This document shows, piece after piece, positions 39,930 through 53,599 of a stretch of 64,000 nucleotides of DNA (position 1 is its first letter; every line of letters starts with the position of its first letter). Source of the stretch: Oikopleura dioica (lineage: Eukaryota > Animalia > Chordata). The stretch spans positions 1,736,001 to 1,800,000 of the forward strand of contig OU015569.1 in the NCBI GenBank assembly GCA_907165135.1, in the 5' to 3' direction. The position numbers and the translations under genes were made by a program. The notes beneath the pieces are model-generated. The model saw nothing but the letters and a program-made list of their open reading frames with translations. It was not told the DNA's origin and ran no database searches.

Positions 39930-41207
39930 CGGTTATTCATTACCAGTAGAACCCTTTCGAGTTGCCTTCTTCAGATTAATGGCAGATGGTCTTTTTTAAG
40001 TTCGATAAATAATATTCTCTAATAATAATTTTATAGTCAAAAATAGCAAAATATTCGAACTTTTCCTGGAAGCCTCCTCGATTTCTTCAAGTGTCTTCCC
40101 TTCACACGTATGCGGCTCGTAAATTTTATCGTGTTCGTAGGTTGACTTATCAAATGTTCTGATGTCTTCGGTTTTCCAGACGATGGTTCTTCCACCATTA
40201 TGCGCTTGGAATAATTCCGTGCATGAACACTATAAATAGGAGCTTGTATTCTTTCTTTTTTCTTACTTTTATGATATGTCGACCACTGCATTCTTTAATT
40301 GAGCATCGGACTATTAATTCTCCGCGACCAGCATTGTAGTAGCTGAAGTAAGCAGAAATCGATAAATGGTCAGATTCCAGGTGCAAGTAAGGATTCGATT
40401 TCTGTGATACGAGTACTTTGGATAAGTACCAATCACGTTCGAGTCTTTCTTGCTCTACGTTTGGCGCGAGAGGAGCAGACTGTTCATCTAAAATACAATA
40501 ATAACTATTCTTAAATAAAAGAACTATCATACCTATGTTGGGAAAAACTGGTTCCTCGCCGTAATCGTCAGCGAGTTCCTGTTCTATGACAGCGCTAAGA
40601 TCGAGAAGATTGATTTCGTCTCCATCTTGCTCGCTAAATACACTTGTCAACGAGCAGTCGATTTTTTTTTTATAAAAATTAAGGATTCTCGCGTAAATTT
40701 GAGACTAATCGTCAAAATCATTATTTGTTCCTACCTTTGATTTTCAGCTTGATGCTCGAGTTGAGCGATATCTGGCTCATCCAAGTCCTCGTCAGGCTGC
40801 ATAAGAAGAAGATCTTCTTGAGCAAACTGGTTCGTAGAAGAACTTCCAGTAGGCGCCTCCCTTAATAATTTTTGAAAAACTATTCAACTCAAAGTTTTCA
40901 GTTGAGAGCCTTTTTTCACAAATAAAAGGCATAAAATTATCGCCGAAGGAAGGCAGTTACCCCACCGTAGACTTACCTGTACGTGTCGTTGTTGATTTCA
41001 TCATTTTTTTGCGTAGAACTGAAAATGCCATTGAGCTCAATGACATTGGCCTCATTGTCAAGTTCTTCTTGCAATCTTCGAAGATCTTCTTTCTTCTTCT
41101 GCAGTTCTAGTAGCTTATTTTGCTGCTCTTGCAGCTTATTTTCCCGCTCTTTGAGCACGTTCAAGTCTTCCGTAGTCTGTTCTAGCATATTATCGATTTT
41201 GTCCATC
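39930..41207 (-). CDS. Unknown protein: N-terminal coiled coil, acidic middle, C-terminal Cys/His motif
   Basis: MDKIDNMLEQTTEDLNVLKERENKLQEQQ.., EQDGDEINLLDL.., WYLSKVLVSQK..LIVRCSIKECSGRHIIK|CSCTELF..IYEPHTCEGK; GT-AG introns are visible; 3' end approximate. Confidence 0.5.
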
Positions 41208-41507
41208 GTCTTGATTCTCTTTATCAAATTTTGCTATCTCTTGTCTTCACTTTAAAATCGCGAAGTGAGAGAATTCCTCTTTTGACCGGGTTTAAATAGT
41301 CGACGATTTTCTAGAAAGCAAAACGCTCCGGTAAAGAGACAGCGCCCAGCGTGCTTTTCTAGAAAATCACATTCTGGAAAGGAATCTTTTCTAATGTTGC
41401 TGAGCTCAGCACAAATGCTCGTTGTTCAAATTAAAGAAAATTTAGAAATTGTTTAGGAAATAATTTATTTACGAATGAGTTTATACAGATAGATAGATTC
41501 AGTAGAA

Positions 41508-44500
41508 TTAAATAGATTCTTCGATCGCAGGTAAAGACTTCGGCTCTGTTTGTGCAGCAGAATATGCTCGGACGGAAGATTTCACGCTTTCGAACATTTT
41601 TATATGAACTCGCTTACATGAAATTTTACCTTTTTGGGCCTGGACTGGATGCAGAAGTGTTCCTACTTCTGTTTGTGCGGCTTCTCGCTGATTTAATTTG
41701 CAAGTGGCGGACGAAACATGCGACGATACAGGGATGATAGACCAACGGCATTTCGCACATTATTTTCGTCCTGTTTTTGTTCTTGACGCTTTCCAGGAGC
41801 TCTTGCTCTTCTAAAGTCATCACGGGTTTGTGAACGGTCTAAAGACCAAAGTGAGATCAAAATTTAATGATCGAAGTAACCTTGAAGGTCTTCCATCTTT
41901 CTTTAAACTCGTCGCTGAGTGATTTTGGCTTTGCATGAAGCATGAGCATATGCGCCACGAAAGGCCGTGCCCTAATCTCTTTCAAAATAATCCTGCAAGC
42001 TTCCGGCATCATCGTCAGGAAGCCCAGAGCTGTTGCTGCTCCATCCCTTCCCGTTTCGGACATGAGTGGGGAAGAAATCACATCGCAGAGCACTTCGCAG
42101 ACGCCGATTGAAATTAACCCACTAGAAATATTCAGTACGTTGATTATTTCCTTCAATGCTTACTTGGCGACTCCAGAGCCTTTCAATCGAATGAGTGCTG
42201 CAATATGATTTGTAGCAGCTGCGGCGAGTTCCACATCGTAGCTATCTTTTGCTTCTGTCGCCTGATATATCTTTAACAAAAAGGGCTCAAGGAAGATTGT
42301 TACCTTTTTAGCTCCTTCAATTAGAATTTTCACTCCTGCAGCGGCAAGTAGAGCTGGATCACGATCTTCAATGCTCTTGGCCAGCACGACTTGGTGAAAA
42401 GCAGCATCGTATCTTACTTCTTCGATTAGGAATCTCGTGTATTGACAAACCTGTAAGCTAGAATTTCCGAATTAAGCAGGTCGTCAATGGATTCGCCAGT
42501 AAGACCATCGATACATTCTCGAATAGCGGCGATATTTTGCGACGAATTGAAACAGAAAACGCTCAAGGCTGCTGCTGCATGAAGTTGAACCTAAACAGCT
42601 CGTCCATTTTCTTCTTTGATTTCGCGCGTACTTACTTTAATATCATTCGAGTAGTACAATTTGACGACCAAAAGAAACGACCAATCTGGATCTGCTTGCA
42701 GTTCTTTTGTCGTTGTTTTATTTCCAAGTGTCAAACAGGCGAGAGTAAACGCAGCATTGACAGAGACAGAGTCAGAGTTCGAGTGAATCAAAAGATTTAG
42801 AAGCAGTCTGATAGTAGAACTGGAGCCAGAAGCTGCACGTGCGACAGTCTTTTGAGCAAGAACATTAGGTACGAGTCCAGAACTGACGCAGAGAAGGGAA
42901 AGTGTTCTCAGAACATCGATCACGACTTGAGGCTCTTTGGAACGAATGATTGTCATGAGTACTTTTGCCGAGTCAGCTTCGAGAACCTCCTTTTGTCTGC
43001 TTTCTGGTCCTCTGCAGAGAACACCCAGAGCCTCGGTGGCCACTTTGTGAAGCGTGTGCGTGTCGTTGGTGTTGTTGAGTGGAGTATCTTGTAGAATCGA
43101 GATTAGCAAGGGTTCACCTATCAGCGTTGCGATCGCCTTTTGCTCTCCAAGCTCGCCACCTGAAAGCGTCCACAGCGCTTCAAGGGTAGAAGCTTTAACA
43201 TCCAACTGTGATTTTGTCTGATCCAGAACGATTTGAAGATTTCGCGCTGCTCCAAGATCTATAAGAGCAGTAGAACACACGCGGCTGTTCTCTGACACAC
43301 GTTGGAGCGTCCTGATAGCGCGCAGTTGCATCGTCTTGTGACTTGACGCTTGCGCTAATGTGATCATTCCGGTCAGAAGCTTTGGAACTTTTGCGATGGC
43401 GCTTTGATTGCCGCTGGTTTTCGAAAGAGCGCTGACTGAATCGAGAAGGGCGAGAACAAGTTGTTCACTTTCTTCTATGTTTTCGCGGCTGACGAGTTCG
43501 AATGCATTCGCCAAATACTCGAAAATAACGGGTTGTTTTCCAACGACTTCGGGAGCACTTTCGTCGGACTCGACAACATGAGTGAGAATTCTAGCCGTGG
43601 CGATGACGAGAGGAAGGGCGGCCTCGTGACTGCGAGAGAGTGAAGTGAGGATGACCTCTAGAATGGAGTTCTGGAAGGTGATAAAAGCCCAGTCTAAAGA
43701 CGACTCGCAAATGAGAAGCAAACAGTCGAAGCCATATCCAATGACCTCTGGCGTGCTTTGAAATGCCTTTTGGTAAAGTTCAACATTAAATTACTGAGGC
43801 AAAAAAGTTTCTAATAGATACCTGTTTACAAATCATCTAAAATGACGCTGAAACTTTTCCTTGAGTACGTCCACGAGTGTACAAATGCCGCCCGCCTCGA
43901 CAAAGATCTCCTGATACTTGAGACAGCCATCAAATATTGCAGTGAGCAGATCAATGGCGCAAATTAATCTCTCCGCGTCAGGATTCGTGTATTGAAGCGC
44001 GCTCTTCACGGCATTCACTCCGTCAAAATTGTCCACAAAGTTTGAACAAAGTGTTCCATTCGCGCCGCCATCTTCCACAATAAGCTTTCTGAGTTGCTCG
44101 CAGCAGGCTGCAGAATCTTCATTTTTCCCATTAGAAATAATGCTGACGAGTTCTTTCCAGCATTTTTTGTCGAAGTCGAGGATAGCTTTCACACATTTTT
44201 CGTTGTCCTAAATTAGAAAATTAAGCTTGCATATTAAAATCAGGGCTGATCGTAATTTCGCTTATACTCATAGTCTGCCAATGAAACTTATATTTTTGGA
44301 ATCTACAGAACTTTCTGAATCTGTTGAGCCAAAAAATTTTTTGATAAAAATGAGATTTAGGGGGTGAAATTAACAAAATTGTAAAAAAATGACCATTTTT
44401 GGTGCATTTTCGCGAAAATGGCACTACTTTGACGCGATTTTTGACCGACTTTTGCTGCTCCAAATTTTTTCTAGTTCTTGTCGCTGTATTTCTACAACCC

Positions 44501-47027
44501 TTTTCTATTCACCGGGAAATTCATATTTTACCTATCTAATAAGGTTTTTCCGGATTTTTGGTTACAAAAATTCCGATTCTCGTCGACCCCCCCTTAATTT
44601 CGACCAGAAATATTGAAAGTGATTTACCGGCGTTTATTTATAGACTATCTAAAAAAGGGCTAGCCTAAGCCAATAAGGTATATAACCGTCTATTTCAAAA
44701 TTAATGCCATCATGGATAACCTTAGGATGTTTTTGTAGAGCAACTTCTTGAAAAAAAGGATTGTTAGGTTTGTTTTCTACTTACGAAGTACAGCTGTTGC
44801 ATAAACTCTTTTCTATTCATTTTGTCGATTTGGGAGAACTTACATTGAGAGCGGCCACTTGAAGGGCAGAGAATCCTTTTGAGCAGCGCTGGCGCAGGTC
44901 GGCCCCGAGCTCGAGCAAACAGCTCACCGACTCAGCCTTGCCCACTGCAGCACTGAAATAATCCACTTTAATGGTTTTCTCTTGATAAAAGAGCAAATTG
45001 GTTTCATTTGTTTATATTCCAACATTATTAGACAGTTTCAAATCGATTTTCTTTCGTAAAATTAATTGAAAAGAGAGCTGTCAAAAATCAGTAGCGCAAA
45101 CGAACTAAACAAACTCAAACTATTTAAATGTCACTGAATTTATGGCAACAAACAGTAGCCTAGGAAAGTGGAAGAATAAAATGAGCTCACCTGAGAAGCA
45201 AAGGCGTGAATTGATGCTGATCGCGTACTTTGAGTTCCAATAATTGCGGATCTGCTTCGCAAAATATTCGAACTAGCTTTGATTTTCAAAAAGTTTTTCC
45301 TATTTTTTGTTTGATAGAGAGTTTTTTGAAATCAATTCCTTGGTTGAGAAGGGGTTTGTCGGCGACGACCATGTGGTGCACAACTGCAAGGCCATTATCG
45401 TCAAACTCTACTCAGGATTTAATCAAATTGGTACGAACCCGTTTTTTACCCATCAGATCGAGTCTTCTAAATTTTTCTTCCTTCCGATGGCGCGGGTTAT
45501 CGAGGAAAAGGTGGACGCCAGAGTCGAAGAGTAAGTCTTGAAAGCAGGTCACGAAATGATGTCTGATTACAAAATTAAATCCCCTTCTAGCCAAATATTT
45601 GACTCATCCCAGCGTACTGCCATTTAAACTTTTAGGTGACCTTAGCTGGAGTTTCAAATCGAAAGCGCGCTTTACCTTGTTCACAAACATAAATTTATTC
45701 TAGCTTCGACAAACAACTACGGGAGCTCTGTGCGACATTCTCTCTTTTTAACAGTAATTTACGAACAAGACCTGGATTCGTTACCACTCGCTGAAAGTCT
45801 CTCCACTGAGTGCTTAAAAATTAAAAGTTAAACTTTGAGAAATTAAAAGTTCCATAAACACAAAGAGCTCCTATCCAGAAATCAACTGCTGCCCTGGTTA
45901 CGCGTTATTATGAGCAACTTGCAAACAGAGAAAATATTTCTCTCATTGATCGTAAAAGACTATTACTTCAATTAAATTGAAAGAAAATCATTAAAACATA
46001 GAAACAGAAATAAAGATAGAAATGGCAATTCTGAGTCGGGAAGAGTTTTTGTTTCTACAAAGCTAAAACCCAAAAATAAGGGTCTTCTTCAAAATTCTCA
46101 AAAATATGATAGAAACTCGTATTTTTTTAGGGATGAAATTTTCATCATGAAAACCTAAATTGCAATTTCTGTCGACTCGATTTCCAAGAGGGAGATTTCA
46201 AAATTCCGTAAATTCTTACTTTGAGTTCAAGACTCTCATAAGTTCCTCGTAAATCTCGCCATCTTCAAAGAAAAAAAAAATTTTCTATCCCCTATCAAAC
46301 GTGCAAATTGCCGTCAGTTCTCATGCGATAAATCTTTTACAAACGTTATCTGTCAAGAAACACAGCGCGCTTCTCCTTGTTGTTTGCAGAATGTCAAGCG
46401 CTGCATTTTTCCTCTCCTGGTGGTGATTCTACTGTTTAGTATCAGTTCAGGAAAGAAATTGGAGAAAAGAGCGAGAATCGTTTGTTCATAAGTGAACTAA
46501 TGAACCTGGCAAGTTGTGTTTGAAGCAAAAATAGTCAACGCTTTTCTTGTTGATTTAGTGCACTCAAAACGGAATCAAGTGTCTTGAGTAACTGCAGTAT
46601 AAAGCGGCGACTTTTGTTCGAACCCTCGCCTGCAACCGTACCGCTTATGATGATCTCACGATCAACAACTTAAGGTTATACAGGCCCTTAAAGGTAAGGT
46701 TGTTAAGTGCAGCTTTTTTTCGGGTTTTTAAGTGGGGTATACCCTTAATTTTTTTTTCCAGGATAAAGTTAAGGCCCTAAGCTACAACTGTTTTCTTTTT
46801 GAGAGTTTTTGGTCTTCGAACTTAAGGAGGACAGCCCCTTTAAAATTTTAAAAGTCGAATCTAAGTCAAATTTCCAGATTTTTTTATTAAAAGGCAAAAA
46901 ATTTTTGACTTTTTATCTTGATGGGGGTCCTTAACTTAGGATTTATCGTCAACGGAAGTCTATTTAATTGAGTACCCTTAATTGTTAGTTGCACTCACAC
47001 ATTTGCCACGGCTCCATCATCTGGCAT
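41508..47027 (-). CDS. ANKAR: Ankyrin and armadillo repeat-containing protein; 5' part uncertain
   Basis: Ankyrin-like exons (DQHQFTPLLL|SAAVGKAESVSCLLELGAD..KGFSALQVAALN, ~44850-45250) precede long armadillo-repeat ORFs (42591-43721: ASTLEALWTLSGG, VNAAFTLACLTLGN). C-terminus ..KSLPAIEESI* at 41508. Candidate start MPDDGAVANV|gtgagt at 47027. Confidence 0.72.
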
Positions 47028-47079
47028 GATTCTCTCTATTCGTTCTTATAATTATAGAAGGTCGCTCTTTCCGAGAAAT

Positions 47080-48135
47080 GTCGGAGATGATCTATCCGTA
47101 GCGAAGCGATCAAATAGCAACGATACATGTATGAAATTCAGAGTTTTTAATTTTCTTTCACAGAACGATACAATTCCGAGTACAATGGAGGGCATTTTTT
47201 TGTTTGAATTTCGGTGTTTCGATTCTCGCCTCGAGCACATAATTCCACTCAGGCACTTCCGTTGGGCACGCTCCCACACTTTCAGAATGCAGCAAAGAAG
47301 AAGCTACAGAGAGCTGTACTTACTTTACAACTAAAAGATAAAGGTTTGAATTAACTCCATCTTAGATCAGTTTATCTTACCAGTAGGAGGAAGATTTTAG
47401 TTCTCTCAGCGGGTGATGAGTGTTTCGCGGGTGTGATGCTTTCCCACAGAGGATCACTGCGCGCCCTCTTTTGAGAAAACTTTGCATAAACGCTCACGAA
47501 CTCTTTCCCAAACACTGAAATGTATTCGAACGAACTCAACGTTGACCATCGCAAGTTAGCATCGCTCGACCGAAAGTTTAGAAATTTGGTTTCCAACGAC
47601 AAGCAGCAGCGTACCTTCACCCAAGCGCATCTACTCAAGATTATCAAAGAATATGCTGGATTGATGAAAGACGAAATTTTCGAACCCGACAGAAGAAACG
47701 CACAGTTCATAATCGAACGGATCACATTGGAGCCGGAGATGACGCGATTCGAAGCTCTTGATCTTCTTTCGGTGAAATTTACGCGAAGTAGCAGAAAATA
47801 ACGAATTATTTCAGCTTCTTTCGATTGCTTCTACAAAAAAGGCTTGCGACATAATTCTCGACAAAAACATGGCAACGAAGGCTTCTTGCTTCATGATGTT
47901 GCAGGCGATCGATGGCTCAGACGAAGACTATGACATCCCTAAAATCCAACGGACTTATTTTGGTACAGACCAAGCTTCTGATGAGCCTGGCGATCGACTT
48001 GATGGAGCTGCCCCAGAAGGTTCTCCACCAACAACAGCAGTGGTCGAGAATCGACGACGCTCATCCAGACAACGACGCCCTCCTCCGCGCCTATCATATT
48101 CTCGCCGAGGGCAGCATAGTTGCCAACTGCTGTGA
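47080..48135 (+). other. Possible unknown coding region (or decayed TE remnant)
   Basis: Protein-like ORFs 47520-47801 and 47869-48135 (ends RRSSRQRRPPPRLSY) with short intron-like gaps; no recognisable domain. Confidence 0.3.
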
Positions 48136-50404
48136 CAAACTGATATTTCCTAAAGCAAACTTCAAAAGCCTACCCCTAACTTATAATAAATCAAATGCCC
48201 GAATTACAATTGGTGGATCATTTAATTAAGATGATTAAAAAATAATTTTATTCTTTTTTTATAAATACTAGAAAAAAGACTCAAAACTAAAGTATCTTCT
48301 GAGCAGTAGAAAAAGCTCCGGGAGTGGCGAACAAGCATAAAATCGGTGCCGGTAACACGGCTATTATGGAAATGAGAAGTGCACCTGGAGAGTGGTTTTG
48401 TTGGCAATTGGGAAAAACCAAAATCCAAAAATCGCCAAATATGTCTGAAATCGAATTCGGAATTCAATTCCGAAATCACCCTTCTCAGCTTTTTCCTCAA
48501 GCTCGAAATTAAACTTGTTATGTTTCAACTTGTCCATCTCAGCATTATTCTAATTCTAGCGCTGGAAACAAAAACTCACACTGCAGCATTTGCGGTGGGA
48601 ACGTAAAATTTTTCACCTTCCGAAAAGATTTAGATAAAGTTTTCCGCCGAGCTATCTTTTTCAATTACCGCTCATCCGGGGTTTACCATTTGCGTCTTCT
48701 CCACCCAAAATATTTCTAAAGGAGTTCACCTAAGACGTTTTCGATTTCATGCTTGTTTGCGATAGCATCAGTACGTTCTAACGCGCTTTAAAAATCACAC
48801 TACAGATAGGCTAAAACTTTCAGGCTTGTGACTTTTATGAAAACCAAAGAATTAGATCCCAGACCTCCAAAAAAAGCTCTTTTTGATGATGTTTTGGTGG
48901 AGGATAATGGCAGCCATCGCTACTTGGAGCAGTCGCATCCGATAAAGATCTGCTTCCAATTCCATTAGGTTTTGGATTTTTTCTAATTTGGATAAATTTG
49001 GCTGAGCCATTCACCCGATCACTGGTGCCGCGCAGGTGTTAAAATTTCGCCACCCGCAGAAATAGACTTTGTATAAGCACCCATGCCAGGAGAATATTCA
49101 AGCAGTGGCTCTTGTCTTCAAAAAACGTTCTTTTCTAGGAAGAATCACTTCTAAAAATCAATAGAAAAAAGAATGATTTTCCTAGTATGCCTCGTATGCA
49201 AGCCATTTTCTAACAGTTCTTCGGAAGAACTTCTTCCTAAATGTGATTGAAGAGGTTCCTGTGGGAGAGTTCCTCCCGCCCGTGAGCTCCACTTTTGTTG
49301 CGTAGGCGGCTCGCACGGGATCATCCGCTCAGTACTCATTCGCCACTCAGTCGAACTCAGACTTGAACTTCACACCTCAACAGAGAATTCTTCCGACTTT
49401 CCGCTGTCATTCCTCTTTTTCAACAACCATTCTGATTCGATTTCTTTTAGATAAATCTGCGGCGTATTCGATGCTTCTTCCCGGGCGGTTGGTTGGCTCG
49501 TCTTTTCGATGAGTCCACCTATCCGTTCTTCCCGGTTTGACGAGCGTCGGTGTATGGTCCTTATTGCAAGGAACATATGCTGGGGTTGGTCTTCTGGCCG
49601 AAGAAGCATTCGCAAATGAGAAGGGCTCTTTTCAGGGTCTGATTCCGGTTCCTGAAGCCTAACCGGGAGAAGAATCGCAAATGATCAGCTACAAGCTGAC
49701 GCTCTCGTAAGAAACCTTCAAGTGAGAAATTAATTAAACCATTTTTAGGGAACGAGACGAGATGACGAAACACAGGACAGTGTTTCAAATCTTCCAGGCA
49801 GCGAAGCTCTCAAAGACAAAGACACAGAGCGACTTTTACGAATTTCCTTATTCTGAGATGAATCCTTTTTCTTTGCTATCCAATGAAACCTATCTTCTCT
49901 TTTCACACATGGCATTTTCTCTTTCTATATTTTGAAGCAGGTCGATTTTAAAAGATTTAGATTAGCGCGAGTTTCATGTGTTTAGGCTCTGGAGATAGAT
50001 CTGGTTAGGGTGAACGTGTAGCGTAATCCCATTCATTTGGGTCACGTGATTACGATTACGCAATTTTCATTATTCGGAATTGAGTTTCGCGTCTTATTTG
50101 TATTGAATTTGTTTCACTTTCACGGCTGTCGACCCCGCCTCGGAGCAATCACTTTAGACTCTCCACCTTGGCAAGAGGAGATTCTATTTTTCGAAAAGTA
50201 ATTTGTTTCAAATGGTCCACCGAAATTGGGTAAAGCAACTCAATCTCCGAAAACCAACTCGATTGACTCTCACGCTCCACCAAAGAAAACATTATGTCAC
50301 CGACCTCGCACGAAAAATATCATAATTCTAGCGCCAAGCTTCTCCTTTAGAAAATCCTTACAATGACAGATCATGTTCTGTAACTTCTTTTCGATAGAAC
50401 GGAG

Positions 50405-50935
50405 CAGAGTTGCAAATTTGCTGAGCTGAGTGAGCTGAGCTGGCTGAGTGAGCTGAGCAGTCGCTCAGCTCAGCTCAGACAATAATCACTCAGCTCAGCT
50501 CAGCTCAGCTCGAATTATTCTCGAACATGATTTGTTCTGCTCAGCTCAGCTCAGACAAGTATCATTCAGCTCAGCTCAGCTCAGCTAAATGATTCTAACA
50601 CAATATCAATACTAAAAAACAGTAAAAAAACAGCTCAACCCAGCTCACTCAGCTCACTCAGCTCAGCTCAGCTCAACTACCTTAAAAAAAGGTCTGCTCA
50701 GCTCAGCTCAGCTCAATGACCTCTGAAAATGGCCAGCTCACCTCAGCTCAGCTCAGTGAGCTCCGAAATAGGTCAGCTCAGCTCAGCTCAGCTCAATGAC
50801 CTCTGAAAATGGCAAACTCACCTCAGCTCAGCTCAGTGAGCTCCGAAATAGGTCAGCTCAGCTCAGCTCAGCTCATAGAATTTCTCACTTAGGGCAGCTC
50901 AGCTCAGCGAAAATAAAGCCAAATTTGCAACTCTG
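50405..50935. mobile_element. hAT-like MITE filled with GCTCA/TGAGC pentamer repeats (531 bp)
   Basis: Perfect 16-bp TIR CAGAGTTGCAAATTTG / CAAATTTGCAACTCTG. Flanks GAACGGAG (50397-50404) and GGACGGAG (50936-50943) form a 7/8 TSD. Internal 80-bp tandem duplication at 50715-50874. Confidence 0.85.
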
Positions 50936-51981
50936 GGACGGAGGGCAGCTGAACAAAATCGAGTTGGAGTGGTGAGCGGTTTTGGATTTGTTGTCAATCA
51001 GATTGACCTTCTCGGATCATCGTATTATGTTCTAGTGCTAGGAGCTTGTTGCGCGCGATGTCGGCAAAAAGACCAGGCGGACATTTGGCTTTGATGCACC
51101 GCCATGTAAATTCCAGAGTGATTTCCAAAGGAGCCAGGCTTCTGATTGAATTAAAAAGTAGCGGCGCTACTCACGTGGTGGCGCTTTCCCACGGAGCATT
51201 CATGAAAAAAAAAGCTGCAATTAGAAAAAAACGCACCTGTAAGCGCTGACATCAAAATCTCCGTCCGTAATTGAAAAATTGAAACAAATTCGATAAATTA
51301 CACTCCGAACTAAATTCGAAATGCACTCTCTGTTTGCCATCAGAACTTCCCAAAATATACAAGTACTGATTTCTCTCGACTGCGAGTCGGCAGACCGAGA
51401 TTTAATATTCAAACAGCAGATTCTTAATTTTGCCATAAATTGATTAAGGATTTCCAAGATCTGAGGCAACGGGATGATGCTTGTTTTTCGATTATAATAA
51501 TATACAAAAAAAGCTGCTTATCGGAAACGCGAGATTTTTCGAGTCCGGTTTATTGATATAAAGTTAGTCAGGAAATTGAAAGCAGCGCTAGAATCTAGTG
51601 GCACACCATGCCCATCCACTCGATTATTGGTAGAAGGTATTCGGCGATTGTCGAAACGACTTTGAGGAGAAAAGAAAAACCAGCCTTGAATCTGTCCGCG
51701 AATTTCGTCGGCAAGTCTCTGAGTTGAGGACAAGTTGATCTTGCTGGCGTTGGAGACATTTCTTCGCCAAAATTTCAGAAATTTTCAAAAGTCAAATTTA
51801 TTCTACAATCCAAATTCTCGACGTCTTTTTATATGCCAGAAAAATACATCGCGAAAAATGTACATCGTCTCAGAAAAATAGCGAGGAGAAAAGATCACGA
51901 TTGAGAACTCTCGATAACTAAAGATTCAACTGGTAAATTTTTATCCGCGTCAGAAAGGCTTATGGTTCAGTCAAAACGTAA

Positions 51982-52055
51982 GCTGGGCTCGACAACCTGT
52001 GTAGAAAACCTGAGTAAGGGTTTGAAAGGAGCTATACGAAAAACGAAGCCGCAAA
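51982..52055. mobile_element. Truncated left arm of the CCTGAGTCAGGG foldback MITE family
   Basis: GCTGGGCTCGACAACCTGTGTAGAAAACCTGAGTAAGGGTTTGAAAG...AAACGAAGCCGC matches the left arm of 60477-60723. Confidence 0.6.
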
Positions 52056-53213
52056 TCTTCTAAAATAAGAATTAGAATATAAGAAGAAAAGGGGTTTGCT
52101 CCTTTCGGCTCGGCTAATCGCATTGGGCTCTTATGTGTCTACAGTTGCATAAATAGTCCAAGGTATCGAGTGTTAATGGGCGTTCATTTGACGGCGATTA
52201 GTGTGCGAAAATATTTAAAATTTCCTTTTTGTCGCCGCTAAGTTAGCAACCTTGGCGCTACGGATTTTCCAAATTGGTGTAAAATTCGAAATCTTTGAAG
52301 GGATTCCGAACGCTAAAATAAAGCAACTGCACCGCGACAGCACAGGTGCCCAAACCTCGCACGCACTTCTAACCAAAGCTACTCTATAATCAGGAAAGCG
52401 TACTATTAGAAATACGCATTTCAACCGAGCTAGTGCAAAAAAATCTTTATGTTGATAAAAAAAATGACCGCCTTTAAAGCTAATACTAATTGATGAAAAT
52501 AACGAAAACTAAGATTTCTAACCCTACTATGCTATTTTTATGACTGCACTATTTAATCCTTTGTCAGAGTATTTTGTAATATCGGTCAAGAAGCAAGCGG
52601 TCAAGAAGCAAGCGTGATCGAAAAAAGGGATGGGCGCGTAATTTGATAACGGGCTCGCTTCCAGATTGGAAGCAATGGTCGAGCTCCCAGGTGCTGTAAT
52701 CGAATGAAGTCGGTTTTCTGGTTTATTTAAGTCTAACAGTTAAAAATCCAAAAATGCTTAAATCGAATCTCCGGCCGTTGTCAGCGGTTTCTAGCGGGCC
52801 CAAGGAATGGCAAGAAAAAAAAATATTTTCGAACGGCCCTCGCCCCTCGTGATTAATTGACGTTGATAGATTCAATTGTGGTTCGACTAGATGTAAGTTT
52901 CACTAAGCGCGACCGATTCAATCAGCCAAACATTACAAGTTTTTGTTTTAAGATGGCCAACTTGTGACCTATTAGGACTTGTTCCGTGAAAACACGGCAT
53001 CAGCCGGAATAAGATTAGCTAGCGCTAGATCCTTAATCGTCCCTGTAATGGAAGCATGGTATTTTTAATCTAAGGGGGTAGGAGTCGTTAGAGTTGACCT
53101 GTTCCCTTGGTATTCCTCATGAGTTGAAGTACTGGTGATAGTTTTTTTTATATGTGAATTTTCCTATTTCTAGTATTTTCCGTAAGGGTGGAACAACGCT
53201 TATTCTCTTTCAA

Positions 53214-53599
53214 GGGGTTAGAAACAGCTTTTTTCCGAAAAAGCCGATTTTTGACCGACGCTACTGAGAAGAGAATCTTATATTTTCAATTTTTCTCTTC
53301 AGGTTTAGATAGATACATCTTAGATCTAGGAACATCTCTCTCGAAATCTGTTTTAGTCATCAAATTTTTGAGTAATCGGGCTCAGAAGCAACTCATCTCG
53401 CCGAAATTCTTGATTTTCGCCAATTTTCAACCACGAATACCTCGAGTCCCGTGATAGTTAAACAAATTTCATACACATTTTTGTGATGCTCAACCCCTTT
53501 TCTAGGAACATTTATAAGGAAATTCCGTTAACATAAATAAATCTTATGTTTTCTTTTATGTAGCTACAGTTCAAAATCGAGAAAGCTGTTTCTACCCCC
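53214..53599. mobile_element. Kolobok-like MITE (GG..CC termini, TTAA-type target)
   Basis: TCAA|GGGGTTAGAAACAGCTTTTT ... GAGAAAGCTGTTTCTACCCCC|TTAA; imperfect TIR, left TSD degenerate. Confidence 0.55.

Noticed and set aside
46670-46985. TTAA/CCTTAAGG-rich segment in an ANKAR intron, suggestive of a TE
   Set aside because: I could not pair convincing TIRs or a TSD.
50405-50935. Possible CRISPR-like or satellite array
   Set aside because: No constant repeat with unique spacers; it is a pentamer-filled MITE in a eukaryotic genome.
50990-51770. Short minus-strand ORFs that might form a small gene
   Set aside because: No consistent frame or known motif; not supportable without transcript data.
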